Shown: piece after piece, positions 38,980-48,111 of the stretch
Layout: every line of letters begins with the position of its first letter
Position numbering within the stretch: position 1 is the first letter of the stretch
Assembly (NCBI GenBank): GCA_963749655.1
Contig: CAVVOB010000024.1
Span: forward strand, 96,001 to 160,000
Origin: Nitrospirota bacterium
GTDB lineage: Bacteria; Nitrospirota; UBA9217
Reading direction: 5' to 3'
Length of the DNA: 64,000 nucleotides
Program-made: the position numbers and the translations under genes
Notes under the pieces: model-generated
Databases searched by the model: none
What the model was told of the DNA's origin: nothing
Seen by the model: the letters and a program-made list of their open reading frames with translations, nothing else

Positions 38980-39658
38980 CTACTTGTTGGCGTGGCATCC
39001 GACGCAGATCCCTGAAATAGCGACGCGGAGGAACTTTGTATGCGTCGTATTGTCATGAGGATCATGGCAGGAACCGCATTCAACCGTAAGGGTGGTCCCG
39101 TTATTATACACTTTCAAACCATTATTCGCGCTAGTGGTAAGATCGGTAAGACCTGCTGCACCGGGACGATACTCGATACCGACCGGATGGTCGTTCGTGA
39201 GTGCGTTCGTGCCGTCGATTATGTCGGCAGTGCTGTCGGCCGTGATCGTATCCGTTGCAGCGTTGAAGCGGGTCGCCGTAGTAGCCGTGATATCGCCGCC
39301 CTGTGTTGCGCCGTACACTGTCGTCACTGCCGTTGCGCCGTCATGGCAGCTGAGACAGGTCAAGGAATTGGGGCCCAATGCAGTCGGGGCCGCGGCGCTC
39401 AATGTGGTCGACGAGTACAGAGAATAAGCATTCGTCGCCGCGACGGTTCTGTTCCAGAGCGGCGCACCAGTGGCTACCCGGGTTCGACCGGTGAGGGGTA
39501 TGGCAATACTGACAAGCCGATATACCCGTGGCGTTCGTATAGGAACCGCCCGTTGAACCAGAAAAATCATGCAAACTCTGCGCAACTGCTGCCATTGCAA
39601 CATTCGCTCCGACGAGCGCCATTGCAACTACTACTGCTACAACCAAAATCTTTTTCAT
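38980..39658 (-). CDS. omcE: OmcE-like tetraheme c-type cytochrome; +1 frameshift near 39480
   Basis: Joining ORF 39341..39658 (signal peptide, HDFS, CQYCHTPH) to ORF 38980..39627 (PLWNR, LYSS, CLSCHDG, NDHPV, ECGSCHDPHDN, FLR, CVGCH) gives 225 aa with four CxxCH. Motif order matches Geobacter OmcE as I recall it. RBS AAGGAG. Confidence 0.82.
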
Positions 39659-39981
39659 TGCATTTTTCTCCTTTTCTTGTAATTTTACGTCCTCACAAAT
39701 TTACAGAACTTAAAATTAGTCCCCCCCCCGCCATGCTATTCGAAATTTAACGATCATCACTTCGAATCGCCCACCGAAACCAACTAGCGGCGGTTGTGAA
39801 TATGCTGCTTGTTGGCAGCCATTCCCTCCTTCCCGCATTCATGCTGATTAATGAATAAACTTACTGAACATTCAAGTGCGGTTGATAAGTTCTCTAGTAA
39901 ACAAGCTATGAATTAATGATTTTATTTGATTGAATTCAAATGTATTTATGAAGCGCTGTTACTTTTTCATGACGTTATCTT

Positions 39982-39997
39982 AGCAATAGGCATGCCA
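39982..39997 (-). promoter_or_regulatory. Sigma-54 -24/-12 promoter for the cytochrome gene
   Basis: TGGCATG-CCTA-TTGCT, one mismatch from consensus. Confidence 0.8.
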
Positions 39998-40061
39998 TAG
40001 CGTAACAAATTGAAAAATAATATAAAAATTAAAAAAGAGATATCCTAATTGATGGTTATCT

Positions 40062-40097
40062 TGAGCGATATTGCTCATTGCTGATGGTATATGCACA
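40062..40097. promoter_or_regulatory. Palindromic activator-binding site pair (TGAGC-N6-GCTCA)
   Basis: TGAGC-GATATT-GCTCA (40062-40077) plus degenerate TGATG-GTATAT-GCACA (40082-40097). Confidence 0.65.
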
Positions 40098-40488
40098 TGT
40101 GACAATGTATAAATTCAACCTGTCACAGGTCTCTGGATTTCCCAAAAAAAAAGTTTTGTGTACGTATCGTGAAGGAATCGGAAGGCAAAAAAAAATGGTG
40201 TTTGAGAAAAGAGTATAACAAGAAGAAAAAAAATTTGTGAGTTTTTTACTGCAACAAAGAGTTTATTTTATGCGTTTTGTGACATATTTATGCGATCGAC
40301 TGTGAATTTCGATCATTGCCTGATACATATTGACCGAAAATCGAGATCGAAAAACACAGGTGTCCCAGTGTCTTTGAAAGTAGAAATCACGTAAGGCTAA
40401 TAGGTGCAAGAGGCGGGCTTCTTTGACGTTTACAGCAATACTCCGGCAGGAAACAAATGCAGGCAACCGTCACACTGCAACGCGTGAA

Positions 40489-41319
40489 TCAGCGTCGCAT
40501 TTTCAAGGTATTGTTTATGTATTGTACGAAACCTGCGGCCCGTTGACGCGCTGCGGGATCGGATTCCATGGACGCATATTTCGTCGCATACTCCATTGCC
40601 TGCCTGTAATTTCCCGCCTTTTCCATGGCAATGGCCACGTTCCAGTACCGAGCGGGAACATCAGGTTCACGTTCGATGGCCATGAGGAAATACTTGACCG
40701 CTTTTGCGTATTCCTGTTTGCCCATGTATGCCTGGCCCATGGTGTTGAGCGCTTGCGGCATGCCGGGACTTCCGGCAAGGGCAGACTGGGCAACCGAGAC
40801 GGCCTCGTCGAACCGGTTTTTTTGCATCAGGACGATCGACAAATTGTTGAGAAGGCTGGGATCATTCGGAGCATAGCGCAATCCCGTTTTCCACGCCTCG
40901 ATGGCGTCGTAATACCGGGCCATCCTGAAATGTACGACTCCGATCTCGCGATAAAGGTCGCGGAGCGGAACGCTTCCATCGTCCGGCAGGGATATGACCG
41001 TCTCGAATTCGCGCAGGGCGGATTCGTAGTATTTCGTTGCCTCAGCCACGGACTTGGACAACGACCCAGCGGTGGACAGCGCCTGCCCGTAGTTCTCGTG
41101 CGCTCTCCGCTTGTTCGGGGCGCTCTCCGTCACGCTTTTCCAGAGTGTGACATAGGTGTGGTAGATGCTGTTTCTCGCATAGGCCGCCGCGCCCAGGGCG
41201 CCGATTATCAGCATATACAACGCCACCGTTACAAGGACAAGCCTGTTGTCCTGCCGGGGAATTGTCATTGAGACCGAAGCCCCCTGCACCTGCTTCGATC
41301 GTTTCTTTCCTTTCGCCAT
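40489..41319 (-). CDS. Single-TM TPR protein resembling the C-terminal half of TMTC-like proteins
   Basis: Basic N-terminus, one TM, then ARNSIY....LW.....APNK.RAHENYG followed by several TPRs. Confidence 0.82.
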   Translation of the reverse strand: MAKGKKRSKQVQGASVSMTIPRQDNRLVLVTVALYMLIIGALGAAAYARNSIYHTYVTLWKSVTESAPNKRRAHENYGQALSTAGSLSKSVAEATKYYESALREFETVISLPDDGSVPLRDLYREIGVVHFRMARYYDAIEAWKTGLRYAPNDPSLLNNLSIVLMQKNRFDEAVSVAQSALAGSPGMPQALNTMGQAYMGKQEYAKAVKYFLMAIEREPDVPARYWNVAIAMEKAGNYRQAMEYATKYASMESDPAARQRAAGFVQYINNTLKMRR

Positions 41320-41365
41320 GCCTGCTCCTTGCTTAAGCAACCGCCTGCGTCACCTCAGATTTTGC

Positions 41366-41395
41366 ATTCTATCTGTGCACTCGGCTTTGTGTCAA
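41366..41395 (-). promoter_or_regulatory. Sigma-70 promoter for the TPR gene
   Basis: TTGACA-N18-TAGAAT. Confidence 0.55.
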
Positions 41396-41420
41396 GAAAA
41401 ATGATTCCTATTCCTGTATC

Positions 41421-42497
41421 TCAGTGAGTCTGCTCCAGGGTCGTACCGGGGTAGTAATGAGACAGGATCGATCGGAAGTCGGAACCGTTCCGGGCCATTT
41501 CTCTCGCGCCCCACTGGCAGAGCCCCACGCCGTGGCCGCTCCCTCTGCCCGAGAACACCGCCTCATCGCCCGACAGTTCCACATCAAAAAAAACGCTTGG
41601 TATCATGCTGTTGCCGATGGCGGCCCTCAGGACTTCCGCGGGGACCGTCCTGGTCCGGGACGGACCGCGGATTATGACGTCCTTGACCCTTCCTGCGGGG
41701 GTTATCTCCCCTATTCCCATGTCCCTGATGTCGACCAGGCCGTATTTGATGCGACGCAGGGCGCCGGCGATTTGCGAGATTTTGATACGCTTTTCCCACA
41801 GCCCGTTGGTCACGATCTCCTGGCAATTGCAGTCCACACCCTTGAGATAGGGTTCGTCTATGCCCCAGAGCTCTGCGGCGTTTTCCGTATGGCCGCCGCA
41901 GCTCGCATGGTAAAACGCCGGTATGATCTCTCCCTGATATGCGACCACAAGTCCCGTGGTCGCCCGTACTGCCTTGATTCCCTGCGGACGCTCACCGCTG
42001 ATTCCGTTATAGACTTGACTGTCGACAGTCGCGCGAATGTGATAAGGCCTGTTCCCCGCCGTCCCCTTCTGATACAGCGCGTAGGTCCGCGATGCAACCG
42101 CCTGCGCCTTCAGTGCCTCTTCCTCCCAGTCCGAAGGGATCTCCGAGGTGATGACTCCCCTGAGATAGTCCTCGATGTCCAGGTCGTTGATCACCAGAAG
42201 AAGCCCATTCTTCTTTTTGCGGAGCTCCATCCAGCCGCGGTATCGTTTTCCGTTCAGCCGGACAATTCCGTCCACGGCCCTGATGCGAAGAGGATTCCGG
42301 TCAAGGTCAGCGGGCGTGAATGTCAGCTCAAGCGAACCTGATCCCGGTTTGCGGCCATCAAGGACAAGTCCTGATGATGAGCCGACCGTAACCGTCTTTC
42401 GGCCGTCTGCAAGGGCTACACGGATGTGATCAGAAGCGACGGTCGGTGAGGGGAAACAGACGATGAACGTCAGCCAGATTAACAGTTTCCATTTCAT
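41421..42497 (-). CDS. SpoIID/LytB domain protein
   Basis: EDYLRGV..SE, EALKAQAVASRTY, SQVY and GHGVGLCQWGA motifs. Confidence 0.93.
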   Translation of the reverse strand: MKWKLLIWLTFIVCFPSPTVASDHIRVALADGRKTVTVGSSSGLVLDGRKPGSGSLELTFTPADLDRNPLRIRAVDGIVRLNGKRYRGWMELRKKKNGLLLVINDLDIEDYLRGVITSEIPSDWEEEALKAQAVASRTYALYQKGTAGNRPYHIRATVDSQVYNGISGERPQGIKAVRATTGLVVAYQGEIIPAFYHASCGGHTENAAELWGIDEPYLKGVDCNCQEIVTNGLWEKRIKISQIAGALRRIKYGLVDIRDMGIGEITPAGRVKDVIIRGPSRTRTVPAEVLRAAIGNSMIPSVFFDVELSGDEAVFSGRGSGHGVGLCQWGAREMARNGSDFRSILSHYYPGTTLEQTH

Positions 42498-42610
42498 GTT
42501 CACGGACGATCGCCTCAAGAAGGGCCAAAATGCAGAGAAACGCACGGGAGCGTTGACGGAAGCACCATAATTATTCATTCTCATTATCAATTATAAAGAA
42601 GGTGGGAGCG

Positions 42611-43150
42611 CTATCCTCTTGATTTTTTTTCATACCGTTCTTTTTCGCTGTAAATGCACCCGCAATACTGCTGGCGATAAAGTCCCATGGCCTTGGATTC
42701 GACGATTCCCTCGCGCCATCCCCGCCGAAAGTCCTCATAGTAGAACTCGACGCCATACTGGGCGGCCATTTCACGTGCCACCCCGGCAATCAGGTCATGT
42801 TTCTGGTATTTGCTGTAAAGCAGGGACGTCGAAAACAGAGGGAACTTGTCCTGTCGCGCGGCAGCGGCAACTGCATCGAGACGCATCCGGTAGCAGGACT
42901 CGCACCGCAGCGCCCCCCTCCCCGCTACACGAACAAGAAACTCGTCGAGATCATAGCCGTCCCGAAAAGTGACGTCGAGCCCGACGCGGCCGGCAAATTC
43001 CCTGACCGTGTCGAGCCGCCTGCGGTACTCGAGATAGGGATGGATGTTGGGATTGTAGAAAAAACCTCGCGGCTCAAAACCTTCTTCCTTGAGACGGTAG
43101 TAGGGATAGATGGCGCAAGGAGCGCAGCACATATGGAGAAGTATCGTCAC
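42611..43150 (-). CDS. queH: Epoxyqueuosine reductase QueH
   Basis: LLHMCCAPC, YNPNIHP, RC..CY..RL and YRQQYCGC.YS motifs. Confidence 0.92.
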   Translation of the reverse strand: MTILLHMCCAPCAIYPYYRLKEEGFEPRGFFYNPNIHPYLEYRRRLDTVREFAGRVGLDVTFRDGYDLDEFLVRVAGRGALRCESCYRMRLDAVAAAARQDKFPLFSTSLLYSKYQKHDLIAGVAREMAAQYGVEFYYEDFRRGWREGIVESKAMGLYRQQYCGCIYSEKERYEKKSRG

Positions 43151-43366
43151 AGTATTTCCCTGATTTCAAAACAAACGGCGGCTTCGACGGTGCGCAGATT
43201 GAATAAAACCATTTCTTATATACTGATGTGTCGCAGTCACGTGACTGAGTAAATCATGGGGAATGAGTATTGATCGCCGCATGGTGCCCTCAACAGTGAG
43301 ACGAACCTGTTCTCCCGGAGAAATCGTTTGGATCTCCTCGGGAGTGAGCCCTACGATCTCTGTTCG

Positions 43367-45051
43367 TTACCTACCAGTGCTATTGAGTCTTTGTTCAATT
43401 TGTTCAAAAACCGCCTGATATTTATGCTTCGGCGCTATGCTCAGGAACATCTTGTAGTAAAAGTATGCCCGAGCAGTATTTCCAAGCTTATCGTAGGTCA
43501 GTGCGATGTTGTAGCAGGCGTCGTAATTATCCGGATTTTTCTCTATTGCGGCCCGGTAAAACGTCAGGGCCTTGTTAAATTCTTTCCTAGAAAAATAGTT
43601 ATTCCCCTTTCCTGCGAGCGCCGAAGAACTATTCGGGGCCAGTTCAAGTTCCTTGTCAAAATAGACCATGCTCTCTTCAGCATTGCCAAGTTTGCCGTAA
43701 ATCTGCGCAATGATATCGTAAAGGCCGGCCAACTCATTAGACGGCGCTCGTTGTGTTGCCGTCTTAAGAACGTTCAAAGCGAGGTCGGGTCGCCCTGACC
43801 TCTCATGAAATGCGGCTAATCCCACATATCCCCCGAGCATATCGGGGTTATCGGCGATCAGTTTGGAATAAAATCGTCCGTCATTCTTCCAGTCGTTATT
43901 CGCAATTATCGTCAATGTGCCAAGCGTAACGAAGGGTGGCGGCAGCCATGAGCATCGTCTTGCGGCCAAGGCGCTTATTCATGGCATCGGTAAAATCGGC
44001 AACAATCAACATAAATCCGACAGACGGCAGGTAGAGATGACGCACAGCAAATGCTGGAACGTCTTTAAATGCCAACGACAAGGCAGGACCTAATATGATG
44101 ACAACCCACGCAATGGCAAAAAGCAGTGCGCTTGTTTCTCGGTGTGTAATAGATAAGCGCGCCGATGAGACAAACAGAAAACAGAATCGTTCCCAGGCCA
44201 ATGGTCGCGTTTTTCGGGAGAACAAAATAAAACGGAAGGGGCCACGGCAAAACAAGAAGCTTGATATAATGGGAGAAAAAACTGACCAAATGTGTCATCC
44301 CCTGGCCGGATAAGGATAGTATGCCGGAAACTTTTGTGAGGACCAGGGACCTGGTCAAGAGGTATGCCGCGCCGACTATGATATAAGCCGAGAGCCGAGC
44401 GATGCGAAGCTTCTCGGCCACAAGATAATCATAGAGGAAAACAACAGGAATAAAAACAATTGCCGTTTCTTTCGACAGGACGGCGCAGATGAAAAGAATG
44501 ACTGAGGATACGAAAGCGCTGGTTTTATCGTGAAGCGCATAGGCCCGGTAGGACAAAAATGCAGTAAGGAAAAAGAACGTCGCCAGGACATCAGTGACAC
44601 CTGAGATCCAGGAAACCGATTCCACATGAAGAGGCGTCAGCGCAAAACAAACGGCTGCAACGAGGGCTGGGAATATGCTGTCATATTCTGCGAGGGATCT
44701 GATCAGGAAAAAAACCAGAATTGAGTTGGCTATATGGATCATGATGTTGAATAGGTGATATCCAAAAGCGTGCTCCCCCCAAAGATAATAATTGAGTGCA
44801 ATACTGACCAGGTGGAGAGGCCGATACATTAACGGGTCTGCGAGATTAAGTTCTGAGCTGTTCCATACCCCTTTCGTAAAGTATTCGGGGACATAGGAGA
44901 AAGATGTAATCTTGATATTATTCAGGATCATCGGCCGATCATCGGACACAAAATCTCCACCGATGCTATTTGCGTATACGATCACGATACTTGCAATGAT
45001 TAAGAGAATTGATCCGATATGAAATTTGTTCTCTCTTAAAATTGATCGCAT
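43367..45051 (-). CDS. TMTC-like GT-C glycosyltransferase with TPR tail; two +1 frameshifts (~44140, ~43935)
   Basis: FVSDD, YRPL, PLHVESVSWISG, SKE, RHLYLPS, ANNDW and TPRs across three ORFs. Corrected length is 560 aa versus 561 aa for the paralog at 49225..50910. Confidence 0.82.
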
Positions 45052-45139
45052 GCCAAAAACATCCTCCCTACCTCTTTTTTCACCTACCCGTGATTGACCT
45101 GCGGGTTGTGCAAAATACAGCGCCGGAAAATCTCGATCC

Positions 45140-45409
45140 TTATTCCTTTGTAGTCAAGTAGTAGTTGCCGTTCCCCGCGAGAGCCGAAAAGCTGTCCGGG
45201 TTTCGTTCAAGCTCTTTCCGGTAATAAGCAATGCTCTCACCGGTTTTACCTTGTTTGCGGAAAATTTGCCCAATGTGACCGTAAAGATGAGAGCGTTCCT
45301 TGGAAGTCACCCATTGTCACGCCATGTTCAGAACATTGATAGCCAGGCCGGGCTTTCCGAACCATTCATGTGACTCGGCTAATCTGATATATCCGCCTAA
45401 TACCTCGGG
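45140..45409 (-). pseudogene. Decayed TPR-domain fragment of a further TMTC-like paralog
   Basis: Translates PEVLGGYIRLAESHE..GKPGLAINVL..A*...LY..IGQI...ES..Y.KELE..P.S.SALAG.GN. Collinear with the TPR tail of 43367..43969, has an internal TGA (45317-45319) and no start codon. Confidence 0.75.
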
Positions 45410-45543
45410 CAAACGATCCCTCCCCGATCGAGGACACTGACGAGCGCACGGTAGAGAGGGCTGATCATTTTTTCCTCGTTCAATACCGGAGCTACTATCA
45501 ACAGTGTCGGCGCCGCTTTTCCTTCAGTCATCATCGTGCAGCC

Positions 45544-46272
45544 TTATCGTTTCCTCAGGACCGCCAGATAACTGGTCCCAAGGGGAAGAGATGCAAATTT
45601 CATGGCCAGCCTATCCAATGAGAATATTCCGTATAATGCCGCATTGATCCAGGGCGCCGGCAAGTATAAATCGCTTTTCTGCCGCCCGCTGTCCCGCCTG
45701 ACCAGCCGGAAACAGGCGATCGCGGAAAACAGCATGCAGTTGAAGGACGAGAAAAAAAGCTCGTCCACTGCAGAATCCTTCCAGAGTCGACGCAACTCCC
45801 GTCTGCCATACCGACGCTTGTGCCCCAGCGCCTCATCGTGTCCACTCCAAAGGAAGCGGTGCGCGGGAACGGTAACGACGAGACAGGCGCCTGATTTCAA
45901 ACGGCGGATAATGTCGTTCAAAAAAACGAAATCCTCGCCGACGTGTTCAAGAACGTCGGCCAGCACCACGGCATCCAGGTGCTGCCACCTGCCGCGCAGA
46001 ACGTCGCGGAAGTCACCGCAGTGAACGGTCAGGCCGGGCCTCTGCCGGGCAAATTCCACGGCATGGGACGAGATGTCCACGCCGAGCACGTCATAATACT
46101 CGCGGAATGCGTTGAGATTGCCGCCGGTGCCGCAGCCTATTTCCGCAACGGTTCGCCCCTGATGCTGCGGAACGTATTTCTTCAATGCGTCGAGCAGGAT
46201 GGCTCGTCTGGCCATGAACCACCAGTGAACGTCCTCAATGCGTGCATGCAGCGCGAATTCAGACGGGTCCAT
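45544..46272 (-). CDS. Class I SAM-dependent methyltransferase
   Basis: HWWF..RR, EIGCGTG, DVLEH and VPA...LWS.HD...GH.RRY motifs. Confidence 0.9.
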   Translation of the reverse strand: MDPSEFALHARIEDVHWWFMARRAILLDALKKYVPQHQGRTVAEIGCGTGGNLNAFREYYDVLGVDISSHAVEFARQRPGLTVHCGDFRDVLRGRWQHLDAVVLADVLEHVGEDFVFLNDIIRRLKSGACLVVTVPAHRFLWSGHDEALGHKRRYGRRELRRLWKDSAVDELFFSSFNCMLFSAIACFRLVRRDSGRQKSDLYLPAPWINAALYGIFSLDRLAMKFASLPLGTSYLAVLRKR

Positions 46273-46274
46273 GG

Positions 46275-47294
46275 CTACAGCAGTTTCTCCTGGGCTGATG
46301 CGGGCTTCTTCCTTCCGAAATATTCATAGGCCAGCCGTGTGGCCAGCCGTCCCCGCGGGGTGCGGTCGAGAAAGCCCTCCTGGATCAGGAAGGGCTCGTA
46401 CACGTCCTCAAGGGTATCCTTTTCTTCGTTGAGCACGGCGGCCAGCGTTTCGAGCCCCACCGGTCCGCCGTCGAACTTGTCGATAATGGACAGCATGAGC
46501 ATGCGGTCCATGTGATCGAGCCCCTTCTCATCCACTTCCAGCCGCTTCATCGTACTCACCACGAGGTCCTGCGTTATCGCGCCGTTTCCCTGAACCTGCG
46601 CAAAATCCCGCACCCTCCGGAGCAGCCGATTGGCGATCCGAGGCGTTCCCCGCGAACGCCGGGCTATCTCAACGGCGGCATCGGCTTCTAATGCGGTCTG
46701 GAGCAGACCGGCCGAACGCTGGACGATCCGTCTGAGTTCTTCGGGAGCATAAAAGCCGAACCGGTCGATGACGCCAAATCGATCACGGAGGGGGGAGGTA
46801 AGCAGGCCCGTCCGTGTGGTTGCGCCCACCAGAGTAAAAGAAGGCAGATCGAGCTTGATCGAGCGCGCTCCCGGGCCCTGCCCGATGATGATGTCCAGCT
46901 GATAATCCTCCATGGCCGGGTAGAGGATTTCCTCGACGACATGGTTCAAACGGTGGATCTCATCGATGAACAGAACATCGCGATCCTGGAGGCTCGTGAG
47001 AATGGCGGCCAGATCACCGGCTCGCTCAAGCACCGGACCTGAGGTGGCCTTGATGCTTACCCCCAGTTCGTGGGCGATGATGTTCGCGAGGGTGGTCTTG
47101 CCGAGCCCCGGCGGTCCGCAGAACAGCACGTGATCGAGCGCCTCCCCCCTTGCCCTGGCCGCGTTGATGAAGACGCGCAGATTGTCTTTGATCCTGTCCT
47201 GACCGACAAAATCTTCGAAGCGAAGAGGTCTCAGGCTACGGTCCAATTTTACATCATCATCATTCTGTTCGGGTTCAATGATTCGTTTCGGCAT
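46275..47294 (-). CDS. ruvB: Holliday junction branch migration helicase RuvB
   Basis: [34 protein letters not shown] and RTPRGR. Confidence 0.97.
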   Translation of the reverse strand: MPKRIIEPEQNDDDVKLDRSLRPLRFEDFVGQDRIKDNLRVFINAARARGEALDHVLFCGPPGLGKTTLANIIAHELGVSIKATSGPVLERAGDLAAILTSLQDRDVLFIDEIHRLNHVVEEILYPAMEDYQLDIIIGQGPGARSIKLDLPSFTLVGATTRTGLLTSPLRDRFGVIDRFGFYAPEELRRIVQRSAGLLQTALEADAAVEIARRSRGTPRIANRLLRRVRDFAQVQGNGAITQDLVVSTMKRLEVDEKGLDHMDRMLMLSIIDKFDGGPVGLETLAAVLNEEKDTLEDVYEPFLIQEGFLDRTPRGRLATRLAYEYFGRKKPASAQEKLL

Positions 47295-47324
47295 AGTTCC
47301 GGTCCACTCGAATAAAGTATAAGG

Positions 47325-48107
47325 TCAGCATGCCTGTGCGATCACGTATTGCGTCCAGAGCAATTGCTGACACGATCCCCGACGGCATTTCTTTTCCAGC
47401 CATTGTTCAATGAGTACCGCTGTCTCACCTGCCAATTCGGCGAAAACCGGCAAGTAGAAACCCGAAGTAAAGTATTCATTTAAGCGAAATCCGGCCGACG
47501 TCAACTGATGGACGAGATCATTCCGTGTTAAAAGGTTAAGATGGCCGAGACCCTGAACCGGCTCCCGGTAAAGCAAAGAAACAATTCGCTTGATCCCGGG
47601 CAAAAACGCTATTTTTGCCAAAATTTCCAGCGGACTGTATTTCTGAGGCGTTGATAAAATCAAAATCCCGCCGGGCTTTAGAAGACGATGCATTTCCTTG
47701 ATTGCCGTCTGTGAATCCCTAATATGCTCAACGACCTCGCTGCAAAGGATAAGATCAAAGCTGTTTGACGGCAACAATGATCGGGCGATGTCATCACCGA
47801 GGAGCTTCAGGCTCGGATAGCGATGTGCCAACGCTCCAAGGTCGGCGAGAAAACTGTCTTCGACATCGATTACCGTAACATTGGTACAGCACTCGGACAG
47901 TGCCGGTATATAGACGCCGCTGCCCGGACCAACCTCCAATGCATTTTCTATTTTTTCAGCTGCCATTCGTTTTAATGAATTGATTATCCATTCACGACGA
48001 CTGGAATGAAGCCACTTCCGGGTCGGATTCCTGGACTGATATATGGTTTTTTGTATTTGAACCGCTGAGGGATCTTGACTCACGCTATCACCACCGCTCC
48101 CCATCAT
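47325..48107 (-). CDS. Class I SAM-dependent methyltransferase
   Basis: LEVGPGSG, FDLILCSEVVEH and LLKPGGILILSTP motifs. Confidence 0.88.
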   Translation of the reverse strand: MMGSGGDSVSQDPSAVQIQKTIYQSRNPTRKWLHSSRREWIINSLKRMAAEKIENALEVGPGSGVYIPALSECCTNVTVIDVEDSFLADLGALAHRYPSLKLLGDDIARSLLPSNSFDLILCSEVVEHIRDSQTAIKEMHRLLKPGGILILSTPQKYSPLEILAKIAFLPGIKRIVSLLYREPVQGLGHLNLLTRNDLVHQLTSAGFRLNEYFTSGFYLPVFAELAGETAVLIEQWLEKKCRRGSCQQLLWTQYVIAQAC

Positions 48108-48111
48108 CAGC

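Noticed and set aside
39477-39482. Programmed ribosomal frameshift in the cytochrome gene
   Set aside because: No slippery heptamer or stop-codon shift site, and similar +1 indels occur in unrelated genes.
39926-39939. FNR-like site TTGAT-TGAA-TTCAA
   Set aside because: One mismatch in very AT-rich DNA and downstream of the predicted TSS; likely chance.
39659-39970. GEMM-I cyclic-dinucleotide riboswitch in the cytochrome leader
   Set aside because: The conserved GGCAAA/GAAA/GCAAAG pattern was not found on the coding strand.
40098-40127. TGTGACA-N16-TGTCACA as a CRP site
   Set aside because: The spacing does not fit TGTGA-N6-TCACA and there is no counterpart at the barrel promoter.
45317-45319. 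In-frame TGA as selenocysteine
   Set aside because: It aligns with Thr, not Cys, in the paralog, and the fragment has no start codon.
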